From Octopus sinensis (lineage: Eukaryota), in contig NC_043007.1 of the NCBI RefSeq assembly GCF_006345805.1, positions 21,638,001-21,702,000 of the forward strand: a stretch of DNA of 64,000 nt, read 5' to 3'. This document shows positions 41,276-52,946 of this stretch, piece after piece (within the stretch, counting starts at the first letter, position 1; each line of letters opens with the position of its first letter). Position numbers and translations under genes: made by a program. The notes beneath the pieces are model-generated. The model saw only the letters and a program-made list of their open reading frames with translations, had not been told where the DNA came from and searched no databases.

Positions 41276-41496
41276 CCCTTTCGATACCAACCCGGCTGAA
41301 ACCGGCTCTGGCTCTGTAGTACAAATGTCTTGTTTTCATAAATTTTGAATTAGAATCTTCCACCAAATCTTAGTCACAATTTATGTTCATAACACTACCT
41401 TAATGATAACTAAGTTATTTCAATAAATTCTTTGTTATATTTAAAATTAATTTTTAAAAAACAGAGCATCTCAAAATAATTACGGTAACGAAAGGG
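41276..41496 (+). mobile_element. piggyBac-type MITE, family 1 monomer
   Basis: ttaa-ccctttcgatacc...ggtaacgaaaggg-ttga, with interior matching 7941-8161. Confidence 0.85.
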
Positions 41497-42070
41497 TTGA
41501 TATGGAAATTTCTGGTGTTGGTTAATAGTTTTCAGGTTTTAACATCAAGGCCCTGTGTTCATCTAGAGTAGCCCAAATATCTGTTTCAAATCTCAATACA
41601 AGACCAGTAATTTCAGGGGAGGTGGGTAAGTCGATTGCATTGACACCAACATTAACAAACCTGAAAGGGTGAAAGGCAAAGTTGACCACGATGGAGGTTG
41701 AACTCAGAACGCAAAGATAGACGAAATGTCACTAACAATTCTGCCAGCTTGCTACATTAGAGTAACTCAAATATTGGTATGGGTTCTGGTACAAAAAACA
41801 CATGGCAAGCCACTGAATTATTACATGCAGGGTATTCTGGGGTCTATATGAGGAGTACCGAAAAGTTCCTGGATTCGGGTAAAAGAAAATATGGAAGGAT
41901 CAATTAATTATGATTTTCACCACTTATTGCAGCGGCCCTTCAGTTTTTCTAAGCCCTGTTGAAGAACTCGGAAGGTTGGGCCTCCAACCATGCCTTTCAT
42001 GACACCCTTAAAATCAGGAACTGTTCAGCTTTCCCTCATATGTGTTATCTGAATGGCATATATTCCCTAC

Positions 42071-42305
42071 AAGGCGGCGAGCTGGCAGAATCGTTAGCAC
42101 ACCGGGCAAAATGCTTAGCAGTATTTCGTCTGCTGCTACGTTCTGAGTTCAAATTCCGCCGAGGTCGACTTTGCCTTTCATCCTTTCGGAGTCGATTAAA
42201 TAAGTACCAGTTACACACTGGGGTCGATGTAATCGACTTAATACCTATGTCTGTCCTTGTTTGTCCCCCTTATGTTTAGCCCCTTGTGGGTAATAAAGAA
42301 ATAGG
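42071..42305 (+). mobile_element. tRNA-derived SINE family B (Meta-domain-like), monomer
   Basis: Head aaggcggcgagctggcagaatcg, B-box gagttcaaattcc, and central gcctttcatcctttcgg.gtcgat...aagtaccag resembling the MetaSINE domain. Copies lie at ~12390-12596, 18328-18555, 23538-23765, 27826-28060 and 39030-39255. Confidence 0.8.
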
Positions 42306-42309
42306 TATA

Positions 42310-42880
42310 TATTCCCTAGATAAAATTTTCTTGTTAAAAGTTCCATCATGGAATATATTTTCATCGATCCCAAAGAGCGTGTGGCATTCCTCATCAGATG
42401 ACTGAGAAATAGTCAGACCATTGATAAAAAATGTGGCTTGACTGGCTTTTACTTTCCCTAACTTTGCAATCATGTAAGACCATTTATCAAGGCCAAACTC
42501 CATCTTTTGTTTTCTTTGAGAATGTCAGAGTGTTTCTTCCTGCCATTCATATTCTTGGCATATATTTTCAGGTCATTCACAGAGAAGTTCTATGTTAGAT
42601 TAGCATTTCATACCCTCTTTGTGAACCATTTATGTACATGACCTTCAGATTTCCTCATCCAAAAGGACAATGGGTGTTATTGTAACTGTAAACAGCAACA
42701 TATGGCGGTTGCCTACTTGCAGTGTGTCCCTATAGTACTGTGTCCTGTCAATGACAAGACAATCACTTTTTGTATTTAATTTCAGGATGGTGGCCTTGGA
42801 GGAAGCCTGGTTGTCTGTAACTCTGATTATGGTCCTAGAAAGTTAAAAGTCCAAGCATCCATGGAAAGGAAACAGAATTA
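42310..42880 (-). mobile_element. Decayed R4/Dong-like non-LTR reverse transcriptase fragment
   Basis: MEFGLDKW and upstream VNDLKIYAKN correspond to the (Y)MDDLKLYAK...MEFGLDKC motifs of R4-clade RTs. Frameshifts are present. Confidence 0.6.
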
Positions 42881-43122
42881 AAGGTTTTCATACAATACAA
42901 TCAGAGTGTAACCAAGTTTCTGCCAATAAACTTTGACCAGCCACCTACTTGGTAGTAAGGTTATAAAAGAAAGCCTAAGACTATCTTGCAAATTTTTATA
43001 GTCCCAGATATCACAATCGTTTGTTGTGTATGAATTCAGGATTTGAGTTCTCTCCCCATGATCCCAAGTACAGCTATACTTTGCTATGTATGTATGTATG
43101 TATGTATGTATATATGTACATG

Positions 43123-43455
43123 TGAAGATGCATGGCTCAGTGGTTATAGCGTCAGGCTTACGATCATGAGGTTGTGAGCTCGAATCCCAGACCAGGCTGC
43201 ATGTTGTGCTCTTGAGCAAGACACTTTATTTTTCGTTGCTCCAGTTCACTCAGCTGTAGAAATGAGTTGCAACATCACAGGTGCCTAGCTGTATCTGCCT
43301 TTCCCTTGGATAACGCTGGTGGCGTGGAGAGGGAAGGCCGGTGAGCATGGGCGACTGCTGGTCTTCCATAAATAAACTTACTCGGACTTGTGCCTGGGAG
43401 GGTAACTTTCTAGGTGCAATCCCATGGTCTGTGTCATGACCGAAGGCGGTCTCAG
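43123..43455 (+). mobile_element. Third tRNA-derived SINE family
   Basis: A-box tggctcagtggtt, B-box gctcgaatccc and cttgagcaagacac core. Relatives lie on the minus strand at ~28075-28265, 57505-57748 and 59235-59404. Confidence 0.7.
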
Positions 43456-43676
43456 ATGTATGCATGTATGTATGTATAATGGGCTACTTTCAGTTTCTGT
43501 CCACCAAATACTTACCCAGTTCCCTACGGTAGGACTGAACATGAAACTGTATGGTTGGGAAACAGACTTAACCACACACCCATGCCTCTGGCTACGGACA
43601 CAGTAAAGCACCATGTCCAATGCTCTTTCAATTCTGTCAAATCTACTGCTTTGGGCTGGACTGGGCTGGGCTGGGC

Positions 43677-44103
43677 ATGACATCCTTTGTGTCCGATGGC
43701 ATCACTTTGTCTCCAACAATTCAGTGTGACACCAGTGCAGAATCACCTCCCTCCGACAAGTCATCCTAACGAGACGTCTGCGTTGGCTGGGTCATGCCCT
43801 CCGTCGTCAACCAGGAGAATGCATCTACGAAGCAATTGCCCCAGCTCCCCTTCAGGGTTGGTGAAAGCGATGTGGTGGACAACGAAAAACCTGGCTGATG
43901 ACAGTCAAGGTTGATCTAGAACCCAACCTAGGCCCCCAATATCTACGGCGTTCGCCGCTGGAATAAGGAGTGGTTGGAGATCATGCGGTCGTTAGCCTCA
44001 AATCGCCAGGTCTGGTCAGCGTTTGTGAGAGATGCAGCATTGAGGATGAATGAAGCCGGCTCAACCCACCCCGGGTGAATGCTGTCTCAAGACAAGACAA
44101 GAA
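43677..44103 (+). mobile_element. Second RTE-clade LINE, 5'-truncated, with ~20-bp target duplication
   Basis: Encodes RRLRWLGHALRR and GGQRKTWL, with a (caaga)n tail. gggctggactgggctgggct occurs at 43653 and 44104. Confidence 0.8.
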
Positions 44104-45674
44104 GGGCTGGACTGGGCTGGGCTAGGCCTGACTGGGCTAGGCCTGACTGGGCTGGACAAGGCTGAACTGGTACTTTATCAAACCCTGAAAAGCAAAGTGA
44201 ACCGTGACAAGATTTGAACTCATAATGCAGAGCGCCAAAACAAATACGGCAAGACATTCTATCAAATGCTTTTCTAACAGCTCTGCCAATTAACTGCCTT
44301 CAACAATATACTAACTATATAAATAACTATTTTACATTCTTCACCCTTAACATTTAACGTTTTCGGCTTTTTCTTTTTTCTGACATCATGAGCAGAGAAA
44401 CTGGAAAAAAAAACGAAAAGAAAAGAAATAAAAATCTCTTTGGGTAATTGCCATAAGGTCATGTCTATAACCTTTATGCCTAAGTGTGTAACCATGGTGT
44501 TACAGATGTGAGCTGAAAAGGCACCATGATCCTGGTTTAAAAACTGCGTTATCCGTACAATATCTACAGTTACTACCAGTACTAACGATGCCACTACTAC
44601 TTCGCGGTACCAGTAACGATGACAATCATAGTAAAACTAGCTCCTTTATCGAGAATGTTCTCCCATCCTATTCCAAAACTAAAATTCTTTAATCCAAATT
44701 TTCAGTTGAACATTTTTTTGTTCTGTTTTGTTTTTTGGTTTTTTTTTCTTTCTCTTTCTAACCATAATTTCTTTTGCACTTCCTTCCTTATTTTTCTGAA
44801 CCTAGACTGAATTTTTTTTTTTTTTTTTTTTTTTTTTTGCCTCCTTATAAACTGTCAAGAGGCAGTATGATATTTCCATGCAGCTAATCTATATATATAT
44901 GTCACACACACGCACTCTCACTCACTCACTCACTCACTCTCTCTCTCTCTCTCTCTCCCCCTCTCTCTCTCCCCTTCTCTCTCTCTTTCTCTCTCTCACT
45001 CTCTCCCCCACTCTCTCACACATTCATCTGTTGGGTGAGTTCTTGAAACTAGAAGATGTGGAGCATGCAAAACTTAACACAGAACATCCATCTAATTTCA
45101 TACCAGCTTTCTATGACAGAGCTTCTAGAACAGATGAGCTGTCACTCAGCTTGCTAGAAATAGCAACAAAATTTTCTTCAAATCACATCTAACTCTCCCA
45201 AAAATAAAAAAAAAAACAATATAATACTATTTTCTATCTTTTACCTTTTGCTTAATTCATTTATGAGTCTGTGGCCATGCTGGGGCACCACCTTGAAGAT
45301 TTTTAGTCAAACAAATCAACTCCAGTACTTTTTTTTTTGAAGCCTGCTACATATTCTATTAGTCTCTTTTGCCAAACTGCTAAGTTAAGGGGATATGGAC
45401 ACACTAAGACTGATTATCAAATGGTGGCGGGGGAACAAAGACACACACACACACGCGTATGACAGGCTTCTTTCAGTTACCATCTCCTAAATCCATTCAC
45501 AAGGATTTGGTTGGCCCGTGGCTATAGTAATATATTAGTTTCAAATTTTGGCACAAGGCCGGCAATTTTCTCGGGCAGGTGGGTGGTGAGGGGTAAATCA
45601 ATTATATATATATGTATGTATATATATGTCTGTATATATCTATATGTATGTATCTATATGTATGTATATATACT

Positions 45675-46032
45675 CTTTTACTTGTTTCAGTCATTTGACT
45701 GCGGCCATGCTTGAGCACCGCCTTTAGTCGAGCAAATCGACCCCGGGACTTATTCTTTGTAAGCCCAGTACTTATTCTATTGGTCTCTTTTTGCTGAACC
45801 GCTAAGTGACGGGGACGTAAACACACCAGCATCGGTTGTCGAGCAATGCTAGGGAGACAAACACAGACACACAAACACACACACACATACATTATATATA
45901 TATATATATATATACGACAGGCTTCTTTCAGTTTCTGTCTACCAAATCCACTCACAAGGCATTGGTCGGCCCGGGGCTATAGCAGAAGACACTTGCCCAA
46001 GATGCCATGCAGTGGGACTGAACCCGGAACCA
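45675..46032 (-). mobile_element. SINE family A, 5'-truncated
   Basis: Reverse-complement match to family A. Confidence 0.85.
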
Positions 46033-46083
46033 TTATATATATGTGTGTGTGTGTGTGTGTGTATATATGTATATATATGTGTA

Positions 46084-46126
<43 letters not shown>

Positions 46127-46899
46127 CTTCTCGTGTATGAGTTCAAGTTAAATATTTTAGAAATCTACTATTACTGCTACTACAAACATACACACACACA
46201 CATATAAATAAATATACATATATATATGCGTGTGTGTGTGTGTATATAATAAAACATTTTGATAATGTCCTTTAGATGAGTTCCTATTTGAGAAACTTAT
46301 TTGGACATTATTTTGATTTATGTCCAAATACTAAAAGTATCTGGGCTGTACGATATATAACATGTATATCTGTACGTGTGTATATATATACATGTGTGTG
46401 TGTGTATTCATATACCACACACTTTCAGCTTGTATGAACATGTAAGATACAAGCATTCCAGAGGTTGGGGGTCTGCTCGCTTAAATATTCTTCTAGAAAA
46501 CACTTCAGAAATGGTGTGGCATTGCTGAGAGTGGAATGTCAGACTGAAACCATTTTTGTACGGCTGAGAACTCGGAAAATTATCCTAACATTTTATTTTA
46601 CTTTTTAAAATTTTTACAATTATTTATTTTATTATTTTTTTTTTAGTAATCTTTTATGCACTTCGACTTTGCCTTGCTGTTTATTATTATTATTATTATT
46701 TTTGTTTGTTTGTTTGTTTATTGGTAATGACTGTTCGTTATGTTTGTGATGGATTGGATTCTGACACAGCAGTCCTGACTTACCTCCTACCAAATTTGGT
46801 GATTGGTTCCGAAATATATGATGGGTGATAAGTAAACAATGAGGGTGGCCATGGGATGGAAGGGGTGAAGGCAGTGGTGGTGGCGATCATTACGATACA

Positions 46900-47110
46900 A
46901 TGTGGTGGCGGTGGTGATGATGGTGATGATAATGAAGTTGATGGTTATGGTGGTGATATTGATGATGGTGGTGGTGGTGGTGATGATGATGATAGTGATG
47001 ATGATGATGATAGTGATGGTGGTGATGATGACGATGATAGTGATGATGATGGTGGTGGTGGTGATGATGATGATGACAATGATAGTGATGGTGATGATGA
47101 TGATGATGGC
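46900..47110. repeat. Compound (GAT/GGT)n trinucleotide microsatellite
   Basis: Directly visible. It is one of many (TA)n, (CA)n, (CT)n, (AAT)n and (CAT)n tracts. Confidence 0.9.
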
Positions 47111-47371
47111 TTAAATTAGAAATACTTATGATGCAAAATACTAGGTCTATTTTTTTTACTTTTAAATAACTTAGTCTTTCTTTCTTTCTTTCATTCTTTC
47201 TTTTAAAAAAATTTTTTACATTTTCTATTTATAAAATATTTCTAATCTTTTATCACCAAACAAATTGACTCGTTTACATTTTTTTTTTTTTTTGTTTCTT
47301 ATTATTTTTTTCATTCTTCTTACTTCCTTACTGCTTTTTTCCTTGCCCGGTTTACCCCCTCACCATTCCAG

Positions 47372-47397
47372 TTACCATTCTCCCAGCAGCAGGGCAG
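47372..47397 (+). CDS. Candidate microexon (26 nt; alternative acceptors give 11, 8 or 5 nt), (V)TILPAAGQ, phase 1 to 0
   Basis: Long pyrimidine tract at about 47275-47370 ending ccattccag|, internal cagcagcag tandem acceptors, and donor CAG|gtacat. It joins in frame with the flanking exons. Confidence 0.45.
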
Positions 47398-47888
47398 GTA
47401 CATCACTAAAAATGGACTGCATTTCAGCCGCTTGTGCTCAAGTTATAATTTCATAGTGTACGACTGCTACATTCTTTCTCTTCCTTGAAATTAAACAGAC
47501 ATTAGTTCTGTGTGTGTGTGTGTGTTAAGCGTGGGGTGGCTTTTGTGGAAGTTCTTGGTTTATTCCATGGTTTATCTTTTATTATTATTATTTTTATTTT
47601 TTCTAGTTTTTACGTGTTTCGGTTGTTGGGCTACTGCCATGCTGGGGCAGCATCTTGAAAGGATTCATTGAACAAATTGGCACCAGTGCTTATTTTAAAA
47701 AAGCCTGGTTCGTTCCTATTTTGTCAGTCTCTTGCCAAGCTGCTAAGTTACAGGGATGTAAGCAAACCAACACTGGTTGGCAAACAGTGGTAGTACCACA
47801 CATGTTTATACAACCATACTGCGAATCCACATTTTTTTTTATATAGGTTTACATACTCATATTGATCAATAAGGGCCTGGTCAGCAGC

Positions 47889-48299
47889 TTTATTTATATT
47901 TGATGGATATTTGTCCTCATCTTGTTTGTTGTTAACACGTTTCGGCTGATGTACTCTCCAGCCTTCATCTGGTGTCCTGGGGTAATTTCGAACTTGGGTT
48001 CTCTTTCCTAAGGTATTTTTCTGATGTTGTTGTTATTGTTATTATCATCATCATCATCATTATTATTATTATTATTCAGGCCACTGCCTGGAACCGATCT
48101 CGGAATCTTGGGCCCAGTTTGATTCCAGGCAGTGACCTGAGTAATAATAATAATAATAATAATATCGGAAAAATACCTTAGGAATGAGAACCCAGGTTTG
48201 AAATTCCCCCAGGATACTCGATGAAGGCTGGAGGGTATATCAGCCGAAAGTGTTAGCAACAAACAAGGTGAGGACAAATATCTGTCAAATGTAAATAAA
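47889..48299. mobile_element. Fold-back (inverted) Penelope-like terminal repeat pair, each arm carrying a degenerate hammerhead motif
   Basis: Arms of about 190 bp are reverse complements around ~48095-48120. The plus arm at 48213-48254 reads ctcgatga-a-ggctg...cagcc-gaaag-tgtt, and the minus arm at 47934-47976 reads gacac-cagatga-a-ggctg...cagcc-gaaac-gtgtt. Confidence 0.65.
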
Positions 48300-48953
48300 A
48301 TCTAAGATGCTGGAAGCTTTGCTGCTTTTGGCCATAAGTTTGTAGAGATGATTCTTTTATCACTGTGTTGTTTTTGGAGTTTTTTTTTTTAACTAAACAC
48401 CCATGATAAGTGAGGATGCCTGTAAAAAGCATCCAGTTCACACTGTAAAGTGGTTGGCATTTGGAAGGGCACCCAGCTGTAAAAACCTTGCCAAAACTGA
48501 CTTTGCCTGTGCTTGTGTCACATTAAAAGCACTCAGTCCACTCTGCTGGGTGGTTGATGCTACAAAGGGCATCCAGCCATAAAATCCCTGCCAAAACAGA
48601 CAGAAGTCTGGTGCAGGCTTCTGCCTGGACAGCTCCTGTCAAACCATCCAACCCATGCCAGCATGAAAGGTGGACGTTAAACAATGATGATGATGTTATA
48701 TGCTCTGGATTTGATGTTTGTAATTTCCTTTGATCAGACGCATAAACACAAAATATTTCAATTGTCTTACCAATAAGTTAGAATGTGACAACTACTGTGT
48801 CACTTATAACAGGTTCAAAGTTGATCAGACAATAATATTTAAGACTGTACTACCAATGTTTGACTTAACTTCCTGTCTTGTACAGCTGTTTGTTCATCAT
48901 ACCTATCCATTGGTTGTAATTTCATTCTCTGAAGAAAACTTCTAAAATATCAT

Positions 48954-49340
48954 AGGCGTAGGAGTTACTGTGTGGTAAGTAGCTTGCTTACGAACCACAT
49001 GGTTCCAGGTTCAGTCCCACTGCATGGCACCTTGGCCAAGTGTCTTCTACTATAACCTCGAGCCAACCAAAGCCTTGTGAGTGGATTTGCTAGACAGAAA
49101 CTGAAAGAAGCCCGTTGTATATATACATATATATATATATGTTTGTATGTGTGTGTATATGTTTGTGTGTCTGTGTTTGTCCCCCCAACATCGCTTGACA
49201 ACCAATGCTGGTGTGTTTACATTTCTATAACTTAGCGGTTTGGCAAAAGAAACCAATAGAATAAGTCCTGGGGTGGATTTGCTCGACTAAAGGCGGTGCT
49301 CCAGCATGGCCACAGTCAAATGACTGAAACAAGTAAAAGA
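48954..49340 (+). mobile_element. SINE family A
   Basis: Full-length match to family A. Confidence 0.85.
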
Positions 49341-49990
49341 GAGAGAGAGAGAGTGAAGAGTATTATTTGTGCTGCTGTTTCTAACCTTTGTTCATTGAAG
49401 ACTTGTCAAGGCAATGCTCTACCCAAGGCATGATTGTTGCAAGTTGTCCTTGACCTTATGTCAATTTTGAATCACTGAAATGACAATAGAGTTACATTTT
49501 TTTTCCCCTGCTGTAAGACTTCCTGTTGTACACACATCTGTTCACCTTAGCTGCTCATTGGTTGAAATTGTGTCCTCTCTGCCAACCACATTTCGTGGAT
49601 ATTATCATTTTATTTTATTTGTGTTGCTTTCTGATAATGTTATTTGTTCATTCAATGTACCGATACAAGATGTCATCTAGGAATCAGCATGTAATGTTTA
49701 GGTGTTGGAAAGAAATGTTTGAATAAAGCAGTGATATTTAAGTGTCAAGAGGTATAAGTAATATTTATACATTACCCAACAATATTTAGCTAACAGGAGT
49801 AACATTTTTTATCACACACTGACAAAAGCATTTCAAACCAAAATGGCATATCAAGTTTAATGTCACATTAATAAACATTGCCAGTTATTCACCATCAAGC
49901 CACAAGATCACACGGCAAATAAAGGAGTAAAACAGTAAAATAACTAAATGGTTTGCTAAGCTTTCTCTCTCCACCTGTCATTACCATTAA

Positions 49991-50211
49991 CCCTTTAGTG
50001 TTCGCATTATTCTGCCAAAACTAATCCTTTTTCATCCACATTGTTTTGAACTAATCATGCATTATCTTGTAGCTATGAGATTCTAATGAGGTAGCTGTTA
50101 ATTTTTAAAACAATATTGTGGGGCTGGTGTGAGAGACCAGATCTGGCCAGTTTGAACATAAAACAGGCAGAATATTTTTGGCCGGATATGGCCAGTTTAA
50201 ATGCTAAAGGG
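49991..50211 (-). mobile_element. piggyBac-type MITE, family 2
   Basis: TTAA on both sides, TIR ccctttag/ctaaaggg, and reverse-complement similarity to 36769-36987. Confidence 0.8.
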
Positions 50212-50590
50212 TTAAGATATGATGAAACTGATTTTAGAGACACTGGTGGTTGTCTGCTTCAGCAAGGCTCGTGTTATTTAGTAAAATGGACGAAAAGATT
50301 TCAGTGAACCTGCCATGGAGAATGGGAAATCCAATGTTTCAGACAAAGTTAGTCTTCAGGAGTGAAATTATAGAGACACAGAAAGAGTTTTACATCCTCT
50401 CAAGAATGTAAAACTCTGCTACCACTCTGTAATTTCTCACTTGTCAAATTTTCCTGAAGAAAGATCCTGTCTGGAACCTTGAACTTTCCACTTTTTATGG
50501 CAGAGTAGCAGGCAAAAATTTCCAAAGAAAAAGTTCCTCGGGCGGATCTTATATCTGTGTAAATCTTGTATAAATCTATGTATAATTCAA

Positions 50591-50975
50591 GGCGCAGGAG
50601 TGGCTGTGTGGTAAGTAGCTTGCTTACCAACCACATGGTTCCGGGTTCAGTCCCACTGTGTGGCACCTTGGGCAAGTGTCTTCTACTATAGCCTCAGGCC
50701 GACCAAAGCCTTGTGAGTGGATTTTGGTAGACGGAAACTGAAAGAAGCCCGTCGTATATATGTGTGTGTGTTTGTGTGTCTTGTTTGTCCCCCCCCAACA
50801 TCGCTTGACAACTAATGCTGGTGTGTTTACGTTCCCGTAACTTAGCAGTTCAGCAAAAGAGACTGATAGAATAAGTACTAGGCTTATAAAGAATAAGTCC
50901 TGGAGTCGATTTGCTCGACTAAAGGTGGTGCTCCAGCATGGCCACAGTCAAATGACTGAAACAGGTAAAAGAGAG
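50591..50975 (+). mobile_element. SINE family A
   Basis: Full-length match to family A. Confidence 0.85.
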
Positions 50976-51469
50976 TATACATTAATAAAGATAAGTTTAA
51001 CTCATTAAATTAACGCGTAACATCTTCATTAACGCCGCCACTGAATTTAGTACATTTGTATTAATTATGAGGTATTCTATATTTTTCAGCTAGAGTGTAG
51101 TTAGGTCTCAAAGGGTGGGTGCAAACCTAGCAATATGTGTTTTATAGCGTAAACAAAATTTCCATTCAATTGGGAATTGCCGGACGATTTTCTGTTCGAG
51201 TCTAACCATTGTAAGTCATAGTGAAAACACGATCTATGTTGCAAAGAAGCATACGAGTATTGTATAAATTTTATGATTGAAAAATTTATCATATTTTGTA
51301 CATAGTATATATTTCCATCTACCAAATCCACTCAGTGTATATATCTTGTTTTTTAAGAATTTTTCTTTTATTCAGAAACAGTTTTTGAATTCATACCCAT
51401 ACTTTAATACATATTTTTTTTTTTATTTGTAATGATTCTCTTCATATTTCCTTTTTTCTTTTATTTCAG

Positions 51470-51496
51470 AAACCAGATGTGACCCTAACTTCAACG
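51470..51496 (+). CDS. Microexon (27 nt), KPDVTLTST in phase 0 (ETRCDPNFN in phase 1)
   Basis: Strong pyrimidine tract ending cttttatttcag| and consensus donor ACG|gtgagt, in unique sequence. Confidence 0.7.
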
Positions 51497-51664
51497 GTGA
51501 GTTTATATTTCATTACTTTTTCTTTTACTGTTGTATACTACATACACTTTCATTTTTTTATCCTTCGTTTCATGTAAACCCCAACACTTTATAGCTGTCT
51601 TTGTATTGTCACCCTCATCCTTTGCCCTAGCAACAAATAAAAGAAATTATTATTATTATTATTA

Positions 51665-52021
51665 TTACCTCCGCCTTCGCTAAGGTGGAGGTATTGTTTT
51701 CAGTTGTGTTTGTTTGTTGGTTTGTCCATAGACAAGATATCTCAAGAACCTCTGGATGGATTCAGATGAAACCTTCAGGGATGTTTGGTCTTGTGACTGG
51801 CATGAACTGATTAGATTTTGGAATTGATCCAGTTCCAGACAAGGATTCTGGATTTTTTTTTCCTGTTTTTTTACTTAATTTTATAGAGTGGTCGAGTTCA
51901 TTTTTAGTATTCTTGTTTGTGAGAGTATTCAAGTTTATTTTAGATAGTCTCATTTTAAAAATCCTCTGTGGCTAATCGTTGGGAGGATGTTGGTGTTGCC
52001 TTGGCGAGGATTTGTGCTCTT
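51665..52021 (+). mobile_element. Helentron-associated non-autonomous element (HINE/DINE-1-like)
   Basis: 5' acctccgcc...ggtggaggt subterminal hairpin, (gttt)n, and 3' ccttggcgagga...gctct. An inverted relative lies at ~19581-19922. Confidence 0.6.
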
Positions 52022-52040
52022 GTTGTTATTATTATTATTA

Positions 52041-52597
52041 TTGAGTGAGAGAGCAGTGCATGCCATCAAAGTGACACTGGGGTAAAATATACGAAGCTCA
52101 GTATACCCATCATGACTACCCGTCTGATAAGGGTACACTAGGCACATGCATCACAACCATATGTGCGCGACATGGTGATCTCATATCAAGATAAACAGCA
52201 CATGACCTTGCAAGTAGGGCCCAGTTAGAATTTTCTTCTGGTCGAGTAGCCCATCCTGCTCAAAAGGTCCCTGAATAAGGTTTGTTTAAGGATGTTGAAC
52301 GAAACACCCATGTTTCCAGAGGTGAATTATTCAAACCCCAAACAATCCCTCTTAACACATGGCTATGATGCTCCCCCACTACTTCTGCTCGTGATCAGAG
52401 ATGCACATATCATCAGCCACTAAGGGACATGCTCAACTGGTTACGGTCAAACAACTGACAAGCAAATCTGTGGTATTGAGCAGAGTATTTGCTGTAGCCC
52501 ACCTTTTATACCAAGACAAAACAATGTACATGATAACACTTCCAATCAGTAAAGATCAGAAGCCACGAGAACCACTGCCTGGTACTGCATCAGGGCA
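52041..52597. mobile_element. Unclassified interspersed repeat inserted in (TAT)n
   Basis: Starts ttgagtgagagagcagtgcatgccatc and ends ggtactgcatcagggc, with (tat)n on both sides. An internally deleted copy lies at 32756-33000. Confidence 0.65.
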
Positions 52598-52946
52598 TTT
52601 ATTATTATTATTATTTGTGGCTATGTTGTTAAGAAGCTTGCTTTGCAGACACATGGTTTTGAGTTCAGGCCCACTGTATAGCATGTTGAGCAAAGTGTCT
52701 TCTACTATAGTCCTAGGTTGACCAGTGCCTTGTGAATGAATTTGGTAGGTGGAAACTGCATGGAAGCCTGTCATGTGTGAAATATCTTTGTGTTTGTGCT
52801 GTGTTTGTCCCCCACAACCCCTTTGGCAACTGGTGTTGGCATGTTCATGTTACTGTAGTTTAGGGGTTTGGCAAAAGATATTGATAGAATAAGTAACCCC
52901 CGAAAAAATGAAGTACTGGGGTTGATTTGTTCGACTAAACCCTTAA

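Noticed and set aside
46856-47119. Asp/Gly-rich and Met/Val-rich ORFs
   Set aside because: These are translations of a (GAT/GGT)n microsatellite, with no splice signals or domain.
52520-52597. Weak U2 snRNA-like resemblance on the minus strand
   Set aside because: Only scattered short matches, with no branch-point pairing sequence or Sm site. It is part of an interspersed repeat.
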